From positions 119,350,001 through 119,414,000 of the forward strand of contig OX597817.1 in the NCBI GenBank assembly GCA_951406725.2: a stretch of 64,000 bases of DNA, given 5' to 3'. A program made the position numbers and the translations under genes. The notes under the pieces are model-generated. The model saw nothing but the letters and a program-made list of their open reading frames with translations, did not search any database and had not been told where the DNA came from. Of the stretch, positions 1 to 10,235 are shown piece by piece (position 1 is the stretch's first letter; each line of letters opens with the position of its first letter). Source of the stretch: Octopus vulgaris (Eukaryota).

Positions 1-259
1 CACTGACATTATGCATCCAGCAGATCATGCTAACTTCATTTCTTTCGAGCCTAAACATAAATTTCTTAAAAGTCTTTATCATTACTGTTATGATCATTGT
101 TATCACTATCGAATGGTATGCTTGACATAGGGAAGAGATTTAAATTTTTAAAAATGATATTGATATTGTTATCCTCTTCCTTTTATAACAAAATAACTGA
201 AGGCATTTTAAATATAGTAAGAATATAAACTGCTTCAGCCACTGCTGACATTTTCCAAG

Positions 260-361
260 GCATTGTAGAGTAGGTGAGCAAGGCCAGATCTTGCTGGTTT
301 GAACATAAAATAGACAGAATATTTGAGCTGGATATGACTGGTTTAAATGCTAAAAGGTTAA
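260..361 (-). mobile_element. One end of a piggyBac-like MITE (partial)
   Basis: Minus strand begins TTAACCTTTTAGCATTTAAACC, a TTAA plus CC(C)TTT-like terminus comparable to the complete MITE at 26229; partner end not found. Confidence 0.4.
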
Positions 362-1134
362 ACATGGCATTAACAGCATAAATTTCACTAATCCTGGAGG
401 GCCTGCAAGAGTCATAAGTTCTACCTCTATCTCTAAAATAAGAAATAAAATGAAAAAAAAAAAGAAATACAGCTAAGTTTATACAGTAAAGTGTTCATTA
501 CCACTATCCAACAGTGTACCACTCAGCAAAAATTATACAGTAATATTGTGTGAATGATAAATTCCAACAACTGTATAAATTCATATTAAAAAAAGTAATA
601 ATTTCCTTTTAATATAAAATCATGAAATTTACTTAATTCAACATGTATGACTAAAATTTTCGTCTGTCGATAGACCACAATTGTTCTCTTTAAAATAAAT
701 GAGTTCCTAAACGAAAGACTGAACAATAAAGACAGCCTCATTAAGGTTCCAAATAGAGTTTATCTCTCTTAAATTCAAATTAAGTGGGGAAAAATGCAGT
801 ATAAAACCAAGGAAACAGACCATGTGTTACAAGAGAATAACAAGAGGGCCTGATGTAATTAGGATTCCTGGTAGATTTCCAAATAACTTATCAACAAAAT
901 GGAAACTCAAACAGACTGAAAGCAGAAAGAAATAGAAAAAGTTAATATTGCCTTAAATTTGGTCAACATCCAATATCAAAACAGTCTATTTTGATGCAGT
1001 CTTTTTCTATCGTATATATACTTAAGAGAAAAACCTTATTAAAGGAAACAATTAGATACAAATTGTTATAAATGCTATAGCAAGCAAACTCTTACCAAAT
1101 TTTATATATTTCCATATTTCCAATATTTTAAAGC

Positions 1135-1165
<31 letters not shown>

Positions 1166-1372
1166 GGAAGAATCAATAAAGTGACAGACAAAATGCCTTG
1201 AGGTATTTATTTAGTTCCACTTCTCTACATTCTGAGCTCAAGTTCCACTGAAGTCAATACTTTTCTTTTTTTGCATTTTATTCTTCTTAGAGATGAAATA
1301 AAAACACCAGCTAAGTACTGGGGTTGTCCCTTCCGACAACTTTATTTTCCATGTGACTACGTTTGAAATACT
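1166..1372 (+). mobile_element. Degraded tRNA-derived SINE, family A
   Basis: Aligns by eye with the adjacent copies (CATTCTGAGCTCAAGTTCCACTGAAGTCAA...GTACTGGGG); flanked by (ATT)n. Confidence 0.6.
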
Positions 1373-1387
1373 TATTATTATTATCAT

Positions 1388-1583
1388 AAGGCAGCAAGCT
1401 GGCAGAATCGTTAGCACACTGAGCAAAATGCCTAGAGATATTTTGCCTGCCACTGCATTCTGAGTTCAAATTCTGCCGAGGTCAACTTTGCCTTTCATCC
1501 TTTCGAGGCCAATAAATTAAGTACCAGTTGAGTACTGGGGTCGATATATTCAACTACTCCCTTGTGCCTATAATAGAAAGGAT
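1388..1583 (+). mobile_element. tRNA-derived SINE, family A
   Basis: AAGGCAGCAAGCTGGCAGAATCGTTAGCAC head (A-box-like), GAGTTCAAATTC B-box, body GAGGTCAACTTTGCCTTTCATCCTTT...AAGTACCAGTTGAGTACTGGGGTCGAT, ATT-rich tail; many copies in window. Confidence 0.85.
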
Positions 1584-1641
1584 CATTACTATCATTATGA
1601 TTATTATTATTACTATTATTATTACTATCATCAATTTTATT

Positions 1642-1853
1642 AAGGCAATGGGCTGGCAAAATCATTACTACATCGCACAAAATGCTTAGCAGTATTTTCC
1701 AGCATTTTATATCCTAAGTTCAAATGCTCCCAAGGTTTAGCTTTGTTATTCATCCTTTCAGAATAAGGTAAGTACCAATTGAACATGGAGTAAATGTAAT
1801 TGACTGTTCACTGCCATTAAAAATGTCGGCTTTGTGCCAAAAATTTAAAACCA
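1642..1853 (+). mobile_element. tRNA-derived SINE, family A
   Basis: AAGGCAATGGGCTGGCAAAATCATTA head, AAGTTCAAATGC B-box variant, colinear with 1388-1583. Confidence 0.8.
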
Positions 1854-1885
1854 TTTTTGTTGCTGTTGCTGTCGTTGTTGTTGCA

Positions 1886-2010
1886 GTTTCTAAGTTGGGC
1901 ACAGTGACAGCAATCTAGAAGGGAGGAAGCAAGTCAATTGCATTGAACCATTATTTGACTGGTACTTTATTTTATTGACCTCCAAAATGATGAGGGACAA
2001 AGTTGAACCT
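1886..2010 (-). mobile_element. SINE family A, 3' portion, inverted
   Basis: Reverse complement reads AGGTTCAACTTTGTCCCTCATC...ATAAAATAAAGTACCAGTCAAATAATGG, matching the family A body. Confidence 0.7.
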
Positions 2011-2122
2011 TCTGAGGTCAACTTTGATTCTGCCAAGATCAACTAATCCGTTAGTCCTTACCAAATTAAGCAATTACTGGTGTCACCAAACTTTCTGGCA
2101 TTGTATTTAAGCTACAGATAAT
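2011..2122 (+). mobile_element. SINE family A fragment
   Basis: Starts CTGAGGTCAACTTTG and ends in a degenerate family A 3' end followed by (GTT)n. Confidence 0.45.
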
Positions 2123-2580
2123 TGTTGTTGTTGTTGCTTAGTGTAAGTGCATGATTTTGATACAGCTCAGAGAAAGTTTATTTAATAGCAAGAGATTTAT
2201 TTTCTTACATTTAAATAACAAGGAATATTGAAACATTTGAATGGCTATTCCAATAACTTGGGATGGAAAAACATATGATTTGTGCAAGGACATTTTTCTT
2301 ATGTATTTTTGTAAAGCTTGTTGACTCATAATTCAATATGGCTTCCTCTAGAACAACAGAAAGAGGTGCTTGTTAAAACCATGGTAGTAATAGATATGGC
2401 CCAAGAAAAGTTTTGAAAATAAAAGCACAGATTTAGAAAGAATAGCCAAAAAGAGAAATATAAGGCAATTGCACAGATAGACACATTTATAAACACAGAC
2501 ATTCACACTGTAACAAACACAAGTTACAAAGATGATACAAACTTTGAAAGCAACAACTTTGCAAACATTACTAAATAAAG

Positions 2581-2583
<3 letters not shown>

Positions 2584-2624
<41 letters not shown>
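2584..2624. repeat. (AG)n microsatellite
   Basis: About 20 uninterrupted AG units. Confidence 0.95.
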
Positions 2625-2630
<6 letters not shown>

Positions 2631-2781
2631 GATGCGTCAGCTTGCAGGAGAAAAATATGGAAGCAGTATATAAAAAAATAAAATAAAATAAATTTATAGT
2701 TCAGTTTTAGAAACTCAGTCATATAATTATAATTCAATACACCTGTATGGAATAAATTGTATTCTACAATATTTTCTTACT

Positions 2782-2881
2782 GAAGTCATGTAGCCTAATG
2801 GTTAGGGCAGGGATCCCCAAACTTTTTGACCATGGAAACCTTCACTCCTCATCGACCCCCAAGCTTGTACTAGAAAATAAA

Positions 2882-2913
<32 letters not shown>

Positions 2914-3215
2914 TATTATTATTATTATTATTAAGTAGATGTGCAATTTCCCGACATTTAGCAACACCCTCTGAATAGTCCCATCGACCACTTTGGAGAC
3001 CCCTGGGTTAGGGTACTGCATTCATATTTCCAAGATCATGGTTTCAACGTCCAGTGTTTTTGAGCAAAACACTTCGTTTTACATTGCTCCAATCAACTCA
3101 GCTACGAATGAGGAATAGGATGCAATGAACTGCCATCCTGTTCAAGGGGAATGTTATGGTCTTGGTCACATACATGTCATTGTAACTAGAAAACCAGACC
3201 TACGTGTCTTAAAAC
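2782..3215 (+). mobile_element. tRNA-derived SINE, family C, interrupted by a hAT MITE
   Basis: Removing the MITE restores a tRNA-like head (GTAGCCTAATGGTTAGGG|TACTGCA...GGTTTCAAC) followed by TTGAGCAAAACACTT...CATTGCTCCAATCAACTCAGCT. Confidence 0.65.
2808..3005. mobile_element. hAT-type MITE (198 bp)
   Basis: Imperfect TIRs CAGGGATCCCCAAA / TTTGGAGACCCCTG and perfect 8-bp TSD GGTTAGGG at 2800-2807 and 3006-3013. Confidence 0.9.
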
Positions 3216-3359
3216 TCAACACAAGAAGCAAGAAATAATATAAAATGTCTTTAAAAAGCCACACAGAATATAGTCTCAAGATAACTGTATGGTATGAGTG
3301 CATAATGTGAATAACCGAAGATTAGTTATTAGTGAGAGTAAAATATTATTTTAAAGGCA

Positions 3360-3650
3360 TGCAAGAAAAGAGAGTGTGGGAAGAATGTTGGAAAGTCAGG
3401 GAAGGACACTGGAAAGTATGAGACAGGATTTCAATTTTGAGTTTAAATTGAGTTTGTGGGTTTGGAGGAACAGCAGCCATTGTATACAAAAGATTTATGG
3501 ACAATTAGCATGGAGAGATACGCTTATATGACAGACAGCACATTTCTGAAAGTTTGAGACAGCAAGACATTGTCAGCTAAACACCTTTGTAAATACAAAG
3601 ACTGGAAAAAGACAGAAATAATTCAAATGGAAATATCGTTAAACAAGATA
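3360..3650 (-). mobile_element. Possible decayed LINE 3' end (CR1/L2-group-like)
   Basis: Minus-strand peptide remnants YNGCCSS and FFPHT resemble the C-terminus of such ORF2 proteins; heavily degraded. Confidence 0.3.
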
Positions 3651-5689
3651 TTAATCAGTAAGTCTCTATTGAAAGCTAAAAAGGAACTTATCCTATTATA
3701 AAAGAAAGCTGAGAGGAAACTTTTCTTCTCTAATTCCAAGTCTGTTATCAGACTGTAGGAAATAAAACTGAGCTGCCAACTTGTAATGTTATTGAATTAT
3801 CAAGTCTAGCTATGAATACTTATCAAATTATGAATTCTAAACAAATTTTAAAATTTACTTGAAACATCATAATGGTTGTTCACCTTGAGTTGATAGATTT
3901 AAGATTTATGGGTCTTAAAATTACTTAGAATCTTAATAAATCCCCACTAAAAAGGAAAATATATTCAGCTATAAGGGTAAAAATAAATATCAATGTTAAT
4001 TATAAAATATAATATTAGGCTTTTCAATAAATTGGCCAATAATTTCAAATAGAGAAATTATTTTTTTTAGCCATTGTTATAATCACTGTAAACAATAAAG
4101 ATCATCATCATTGTGTAATTTAATAAGGTATTTGCAGATTATGAAACAGGTCATTAAAATTGATCCTCATATTTCTTCATATCATTTAGTATTTCTTTTG
4201 TAAGCTTCATTATTGAAAAGTTTGGATTATCTCACTTCTGCAGATTGTTTTGGCATGTTTCCATTCTGACTAACTTACAGTAAGATTCTGCGAAAACTCT
4301 TCACAAAGTTTCTATCATTCATTCTCGCCCACACAATCATGCCAATCTTTTCCATTCAACATTAGATGCTTTTGATAACAATCTTCTTTCTTGAGCTTGC
4401 CTGAAGCTAATCCATAAACTTCATCTTGAAAAACAAACAAATCATGTCCATTTATGTCCATTCTGCTCTTTTCAGGTTTTCTGAGATAAATAATTTACTA
4501 ACCCAAAACAATTAATATATTAGTTTAATTCAAGAATGAAAATGTTTTACAAATATTTCTGTTTATCTTTATACAGTTCTTAAATTTATTTCTAGTTTGG
4601 ATTCTTACTTCATCAAAATTGTGCTGGATCCTTACTACATCAGAGGGTTTATCAGTGTTTTATGTAGTCTACAACATGAACTGTCATGTTGCAAGCACTG
4701 ATAAATACATAACAAGTTGTCTTGTCAGTTATCATTACTTTCAATCAATGAACTTTTGATATATAAGAAATCATTTTCTATTAATCATATTCAACCATGG
4801 AATAAACTAAATTGTATCAGTATAAACAGGAGTAGTGTATGGAAGATAAATCCTATGTGTCATTCTTTAAAAATCAGAGGTACCAGCTAATAAAGAAATT
4901 GGTCATTGATCATGTGCAAAATGTCAATGATAGGAAGCATTGATATAGAGAAATATTTGTTTTAAAGATCCCTGAAGTTAATAAAAGGGATATTTATTAA
5001 TACGATAATGGCATTCAACTGCATTGTCATCTGATGTATGGAAAAGCATTTAATAACAAGCATGCAGCAGTTAAATTCCTTTTAAATTTAAATTTCTTTC
5101 AGGAGGTGTAACTATGTCACAGCTTACTGTGTTATTAAAAAGCTAGAATGACTCTTGCACAATGTAGTTGCTTCAATTTCAACACATGATCTCAGATCAA
5201 GTTTTTTATTACACAAGTAGAACTCCTAAATTTGATGTATCTTTCACTCCAGATTTTTATTGTTAAGAAGAGGTTAATTAGTTTCATTGATAAGTGTTTT
5301 GCTTGGCTAAATATTGTGATGAACAATTTTTCTACCATTAAACCAGGGTAGAATTGTTCTTATACTAGAACTTTCACACCAAGAATGATCAAATTTAATG
5401 CCAAATTATATCAATGTTTTTCCTTCACCTTTTCCCCTTTTCTATCACCATATTCTCATCAAACTATTCTATTAAAACACCATCAATTAATATTCACGAT
5501 ATCTTGGAATTTTTTCCCCACACAAATGTGTCTCTCTCTCTCTCAATGTTCTGCATTAAGCAAGAAGTAAAATTTTTGTCAGTGAACTGTTTGGAATACT
5601 AATTTTCTGCTTCTGTATCCTATTTCCCTATTTCATTTACTGATATTCCCAGTTAATGGTAACTTTTAGCACTATGTTTAAACATAAAT

Positions 5690-5825
5690 GTCTACTTTGC
5701 CTTTCATCCTTTTGATAAAAATAGAGCCCAGTTGTTAGGGGTCAATGTAATCAACTATACACTCAAAGGCAATGCTCAAGCATGTTTACTGTCCATTGAT
5801 TGAAAAAATGTGTAACGATAAAAGA
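5690..5825 (+). mobile_element. SINE 3' fragment
   Basis: ACTTTGCCTTTCATCCTTTTGATAAAA...GGGGTCAATGTAATCAAC body followed by a family B-like 3' end (AAGGCAATGCTCAAGCATG). Confidence 0.6.
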
Positions 5826-7021
5826 ATTTTAAAAAAAGAACAGAAAATAGACAATTCTTGAGTTCTAAAGAGCAGGTTCCATGCTTACTGGTCTTCAAAG
5901 GGGATAGTATTCATGAAGGAGTTGGTGTTTATGACAGACAATGCTATAAATAATGTAATTCGAGACATAGCAGACTGACTATTTTCAATGGAGCTAATTC
6001 TAAGCATTTTTGAAGCAGTTTTGCTTGAAGTTTAACATATGATGGTGTATCATCCAAGTTATAATACCTTTTAGATTCTAACCAACTAAGTAACAGCATT
6101 TGGAAAATAAAGATAAATACAGCATGCATACATGTGTGTGTATGTGTTTTCCTAAGGCAAGATAGCAGAAGATGAAATGAAATCCTAATGTATCCAAAAA
6201 CTCATGGTCTATCAAACAGAAGATGAGTGCAACATTTGCTTCAGACTGGAATATAACAATCAGATTCAAGAGATAAATGTGTGAAAAAATGAGAACGAGA
6301 TAAAGAAAGGACATGTGTGTTATAATCATCCTCATAAACACCTTATGCCTGTTTTCCATGCAGTGAAGCATTTGCATATGCAATAAAATGTATGAAGATA
6401 TTACATGGATAGTTGGTTAAAGTATCAATCCATACATATCTATGTCAGGTATTCAGAACTAATGTAGTTCCAATGATCTCTTGTTTATATAATGTCAACA
6501 TAAAGTTTCTATTTACCACCACTGCTCTTGTTTAATGTTTTGCTCCAATCAGATGTTTAAGCTCATTTGGCTGCTGACTGTCTAACTGGATAACTAATGA
6601 TATCAATTCAATGACAATTTCCCATCCCTGTTAATACTGATAATGTTTCATATCTTTGGTAATACATTAAGATAAACACATCAAAAAAAGGGCAGTGATA
6701 AAAATAGTTAACTATGTCTTCGTTAATGTAAAGGGAAATGATTTGAGATAATGTTCATCGATATCAAGAGCTGTCTCATGGATTAACAAACATTGAAATC
6801 TCAGATTACAGTGTGGAAGTGAGCACACTTGGGATAATGAACATAGAACAGCTGAATGCCCCATGTGGACATAAGCAGATGTGGTTGGTTGCATACGAGA
6901 TCAGAGTAACTGAAACCAAGAGAGTAGTAAGAGAAGATATTATACATTAAGTATTGCTGAGTAGCTGAGGAGTTTGCTTCCAAACCATGCTGTTCCAGTT
7001 TCAGCCCTATTGCATGGTAAC

Positions 7022-7160
7022 TTATATATATATATACACACACACATCTATATATAAACATATATATATATATGTATGTGTATATATATATGTGTGTGTG
7101 TGTGTGTGTATATATATGTATATACATATACACACAGTCATATATACACACACACATAAT

Positions 7161-7213
<53 letters not shown>

Positions 7214-7330
7214 CATACATACACACACATGCATATACAAATATACATACATACATACATACATATATATATATATACATACATATTCACACACATATGT
7301 ATATATTATGTTTATGTGAGTGCATGTTTA
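7022..7330. repeat. Compound (TA)n/(CA)n/(TG)n/(CATA)n microsatellite
   Basis: Direct reading; follows a degraded family B SINE head at about 6955-7020. Confidence 0.95.
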
Positions 7331-8994
7331 TTTACATATGCAGTCATTTGTACAAGAGCAGAGAGGGCATTGTTGTCAGTTTCTTTTCTCAGCAAATCAT
7401 TCAGGCACTTAGTTGGAAAAACAGGTATGGATTGGCCTTAAGAAGAAGGGCATCTAGTCATAAAACAATGCTTCAAATAACGTATGTATGTATGTAATAC
7501 ATGTTAATAAAACTCATTGGAGTGTGAGAAAGAAAGGAAGTCATATAGACGGAAAAGGGGTAAGGGGCTGGAGAGTCATCAAATGAGTTTGATATTAATG
7601 GATATTTGCAGTTAAACTTGGAAAATTACAATATGATAAATTCATATATTTGCCAACAAATCATTGAAATGCTATTGAAAATCATGAAGCCTCAGAAAAG
7701 TTTCAAACAAAGCTATTAGAAAATACATACAAAGGAATTTCATAAAACCTTCAAGCATCAAATTAAGAAGCTTTTCCATTGTCAGTTTTGCAAAACTTTA
7801 ACTTCTTATAAGAAAACAAAAGTCTTTGAATGTGAACATTAAAATATGAATTTTTCAATTAGAATTTGAACTCTACAGCTCATCTAGTATATTATTTTAT
7901 CCAATCATGAAACAGAGAATTATTGTTTTACCTCATATCCAAAAATCTGATTTGCTAAAATTTTCCTTTTGAAGATTGATAAATTTAATATCAATTTTAA
8001 CAAACAGATTAATTAATTTTGTTCTCATGTTAGATCTCTGTACATCAAAACAGACAATTGGTATGCAACACATATCATGTATCTCAGAATGTTGCTATGG
8101 TGATCTTAGGAAACATATGTACCTTAAGTGACAGTGCCACATGTGAAAGGGAAAGTAAAGTTTGGCTACAACATAAAAAGAAAAATAAGAGCTAATTTTT
8201 TTTAATCAGTGATACAAAAAAAACATGTATGATTGACCGATTCTTAGACTAGAGTACCTCTGTTACTTTACCATTGAATGACATATCTCTTTATCATTTC
8301 ATAAAGATATCATATTGAAAGTATGAAATAAACCAAATTTTAGTATTCTGAAAGCATTTCAATTCCGGTATATATTTTTTTTAAATGTCAGATATATTTT
8401 GTCTTTACAATATACTCACTTGCCATTTTGAAACTATTCTTGTATATGCAAATAAAAAGTTTATTTTGTAAAAGAAAAATTGTCATATAATTGCAAATTT
8501 CATTATTTATTTTATTCCAATAATTTTGTTTTTTTTAAACTAAAATAAATATTCAATAGTAAATATATTTGTTTCTTAAATTGTGTAAAAAGAATGAAAG
8601 GAAATTATTTCCAAAAGGCACTTGAAATGTTTAATGATAAAAATAGAAAAGAGAATGAAAAACAGTTTTTGATGCTCAAAAGAGGCATTTCCTTGTTCCT
8701 TTCTTTGTAATAATTCTTAGTTTTTTAAGAATCAATAATTTTTTGTCTCTTTTTAAGATTGAACTAGATGGTTTAAGTGAGAAGAATTGATACTTTATTT
8801 TTTTTCACCCTTTTTTAATAATTTACTTGCCAATATTTATACCAATTTCGTAAAGAATGGTTCAATTTTACTGATACCCTACTCACAATGCAGTTTAAAT
8901 TACAAGTTTGATTATAATGATAATAACATGTTAAATGAAACTATTTACAATTTATACTTTCTTGAAATAAAAATAATAATATAAAGCAAGAATA

Positions 8995-10235
8995 TTATCA
9001 GGTCATTAAGTATGAAATGTCCGATTTTCTTATGCACCAAATTTGACAGCAGTTAACTCTAATGTTTTATCCTGAAAATTCTTTGTTTTACAAAATTGTA
9101 AAGTTACATTACTTTTTTCAATGCAATTCATGGTGTCTTATTATATTGTAAATCAACTGTTGTGAACCCATGGATAAAAAATTTGTGTCGTTTATGAATA
9201 TGATTTCCATCATGGAACCAATGCATCCCAGACAGTTCGAAACATCAATGAAGATGTGACAAATGAGCACACTGTATGATGATAGTTTAAGAAGTTCTGG
9301 TCTGGTAACTTTACTCTTGAAAATCAACCCCATGGTAGACCTGAGACCAAGGTGGATAAGGATGAGCTGGAAACTGTAGTAGAAGCAGACAGATCACAAA
9401 CTATGCATGAGTTAGCAGCAAGGTTTGATGTTTTGATTCCATCTGAAACAAATCAGCAAGGTAAAGAAGCTGGACAAGTGGGTAGTACATGATCTGAATG
9501 AGCATCAAATGATACTTCATCTTGAAACTTGCTGTTCTTTGCTGTCATGGCATAAAAGTGAACCATTTTTGCATTGTATAGTACGTGTGATGAAAAATAA
9601 TTTCTTTTCAACAATAGCAAATGTTCTGCATGGTGGTTGGATAGAGACAAAGTGCCAAATCACAATCCAAAAAAGAATATTCACCAAAAAATGTTAATGA
9701 TGTGTATTTGGTGGTCCAGTGCTGGTGTCACCTTCTATAGCTTCATGAGATTTGTCAAGTCAATTACAGCAGATACATACATCAACCTACTGGGTGAAAT
9801 TATAAGTGAACTTGCAATTAAACAACTGAGATTGGTCAATAGAGACAGGCCAATTCTCTTGCAAGACAATGTTCGATCACATGTTACACAAAGAATGCTA
9901 CTCAAGTTAAAGGAACTGAACTTGGAAGTATTCTGTCATCCACCATATTCACCAGACCTTGCACCAATTGACTATCATGTTTTCCAGGTATTAGACAGCT
10001 TTTTGCAAGGAAAAATCTTCAAATCTGAAGAAGATGCAAAAAACAGCCTTTTGTGATTTCATCACCTATGCTCTCTTGAGTTCTTCACTGTTGACATAAA
10101 TATGCTACTGGTAAAATGGCAAAATGATGTTGATAATTTACGTGCATACTTTAACTGCATTGCTTTTTGTTGAGATAAAGTAAAATAAACTTTCATTTCA
10201 AGATCAGACAATATGTGATCTTAATGACCTGATAA
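8995..10235 (+). mobile_element. Full-length, inactivated mariner transposon (1241 bp)
   Basis: TIRs TTATCAGGTCATTAAG / CTTAATGACCTGATAA (imperfect further in), TA on both sides (8993-94, 10236-37), internal transposase remnant. Confidence 0.95.
9170..10150 (+). pseudogene. mariner DD34D transposase pseudogene
   Basis: Across frameshifts and stops: YEYDFHHGTNASQTVRNINE, GRPETKVDKDELETVVEAD, KWVVHDL (WVPHEL motif), CDEK, LQDNVRSH, YSPDLAPIDYH with 34 residues between the 2nd and 3rd Asp; ORF 9637-10056 is the C-terminal part. Confidence 0.92.

Noticed and set aside
1388-1470. SINE heads as tRNA genes
   Set aside because: A/B-box-like motifs only; no cloverleaf, and each continues into a repeated SINE body.
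5170-5360. KFLGV-like RT remnant on the minus strand (and a YIGS-like one at about 38280)
   Set aside because: Single short motifs needing frameshifts; too weak to call.
6801-7497. Long overlapping YI/HT/VC-rich ORFs here and at 17.8, 30, 33, 36.7, 43-45 and 62.6 kb
   Set aside because: Translations of dinucleotide microsatellites, which lack stop codons in most frames.
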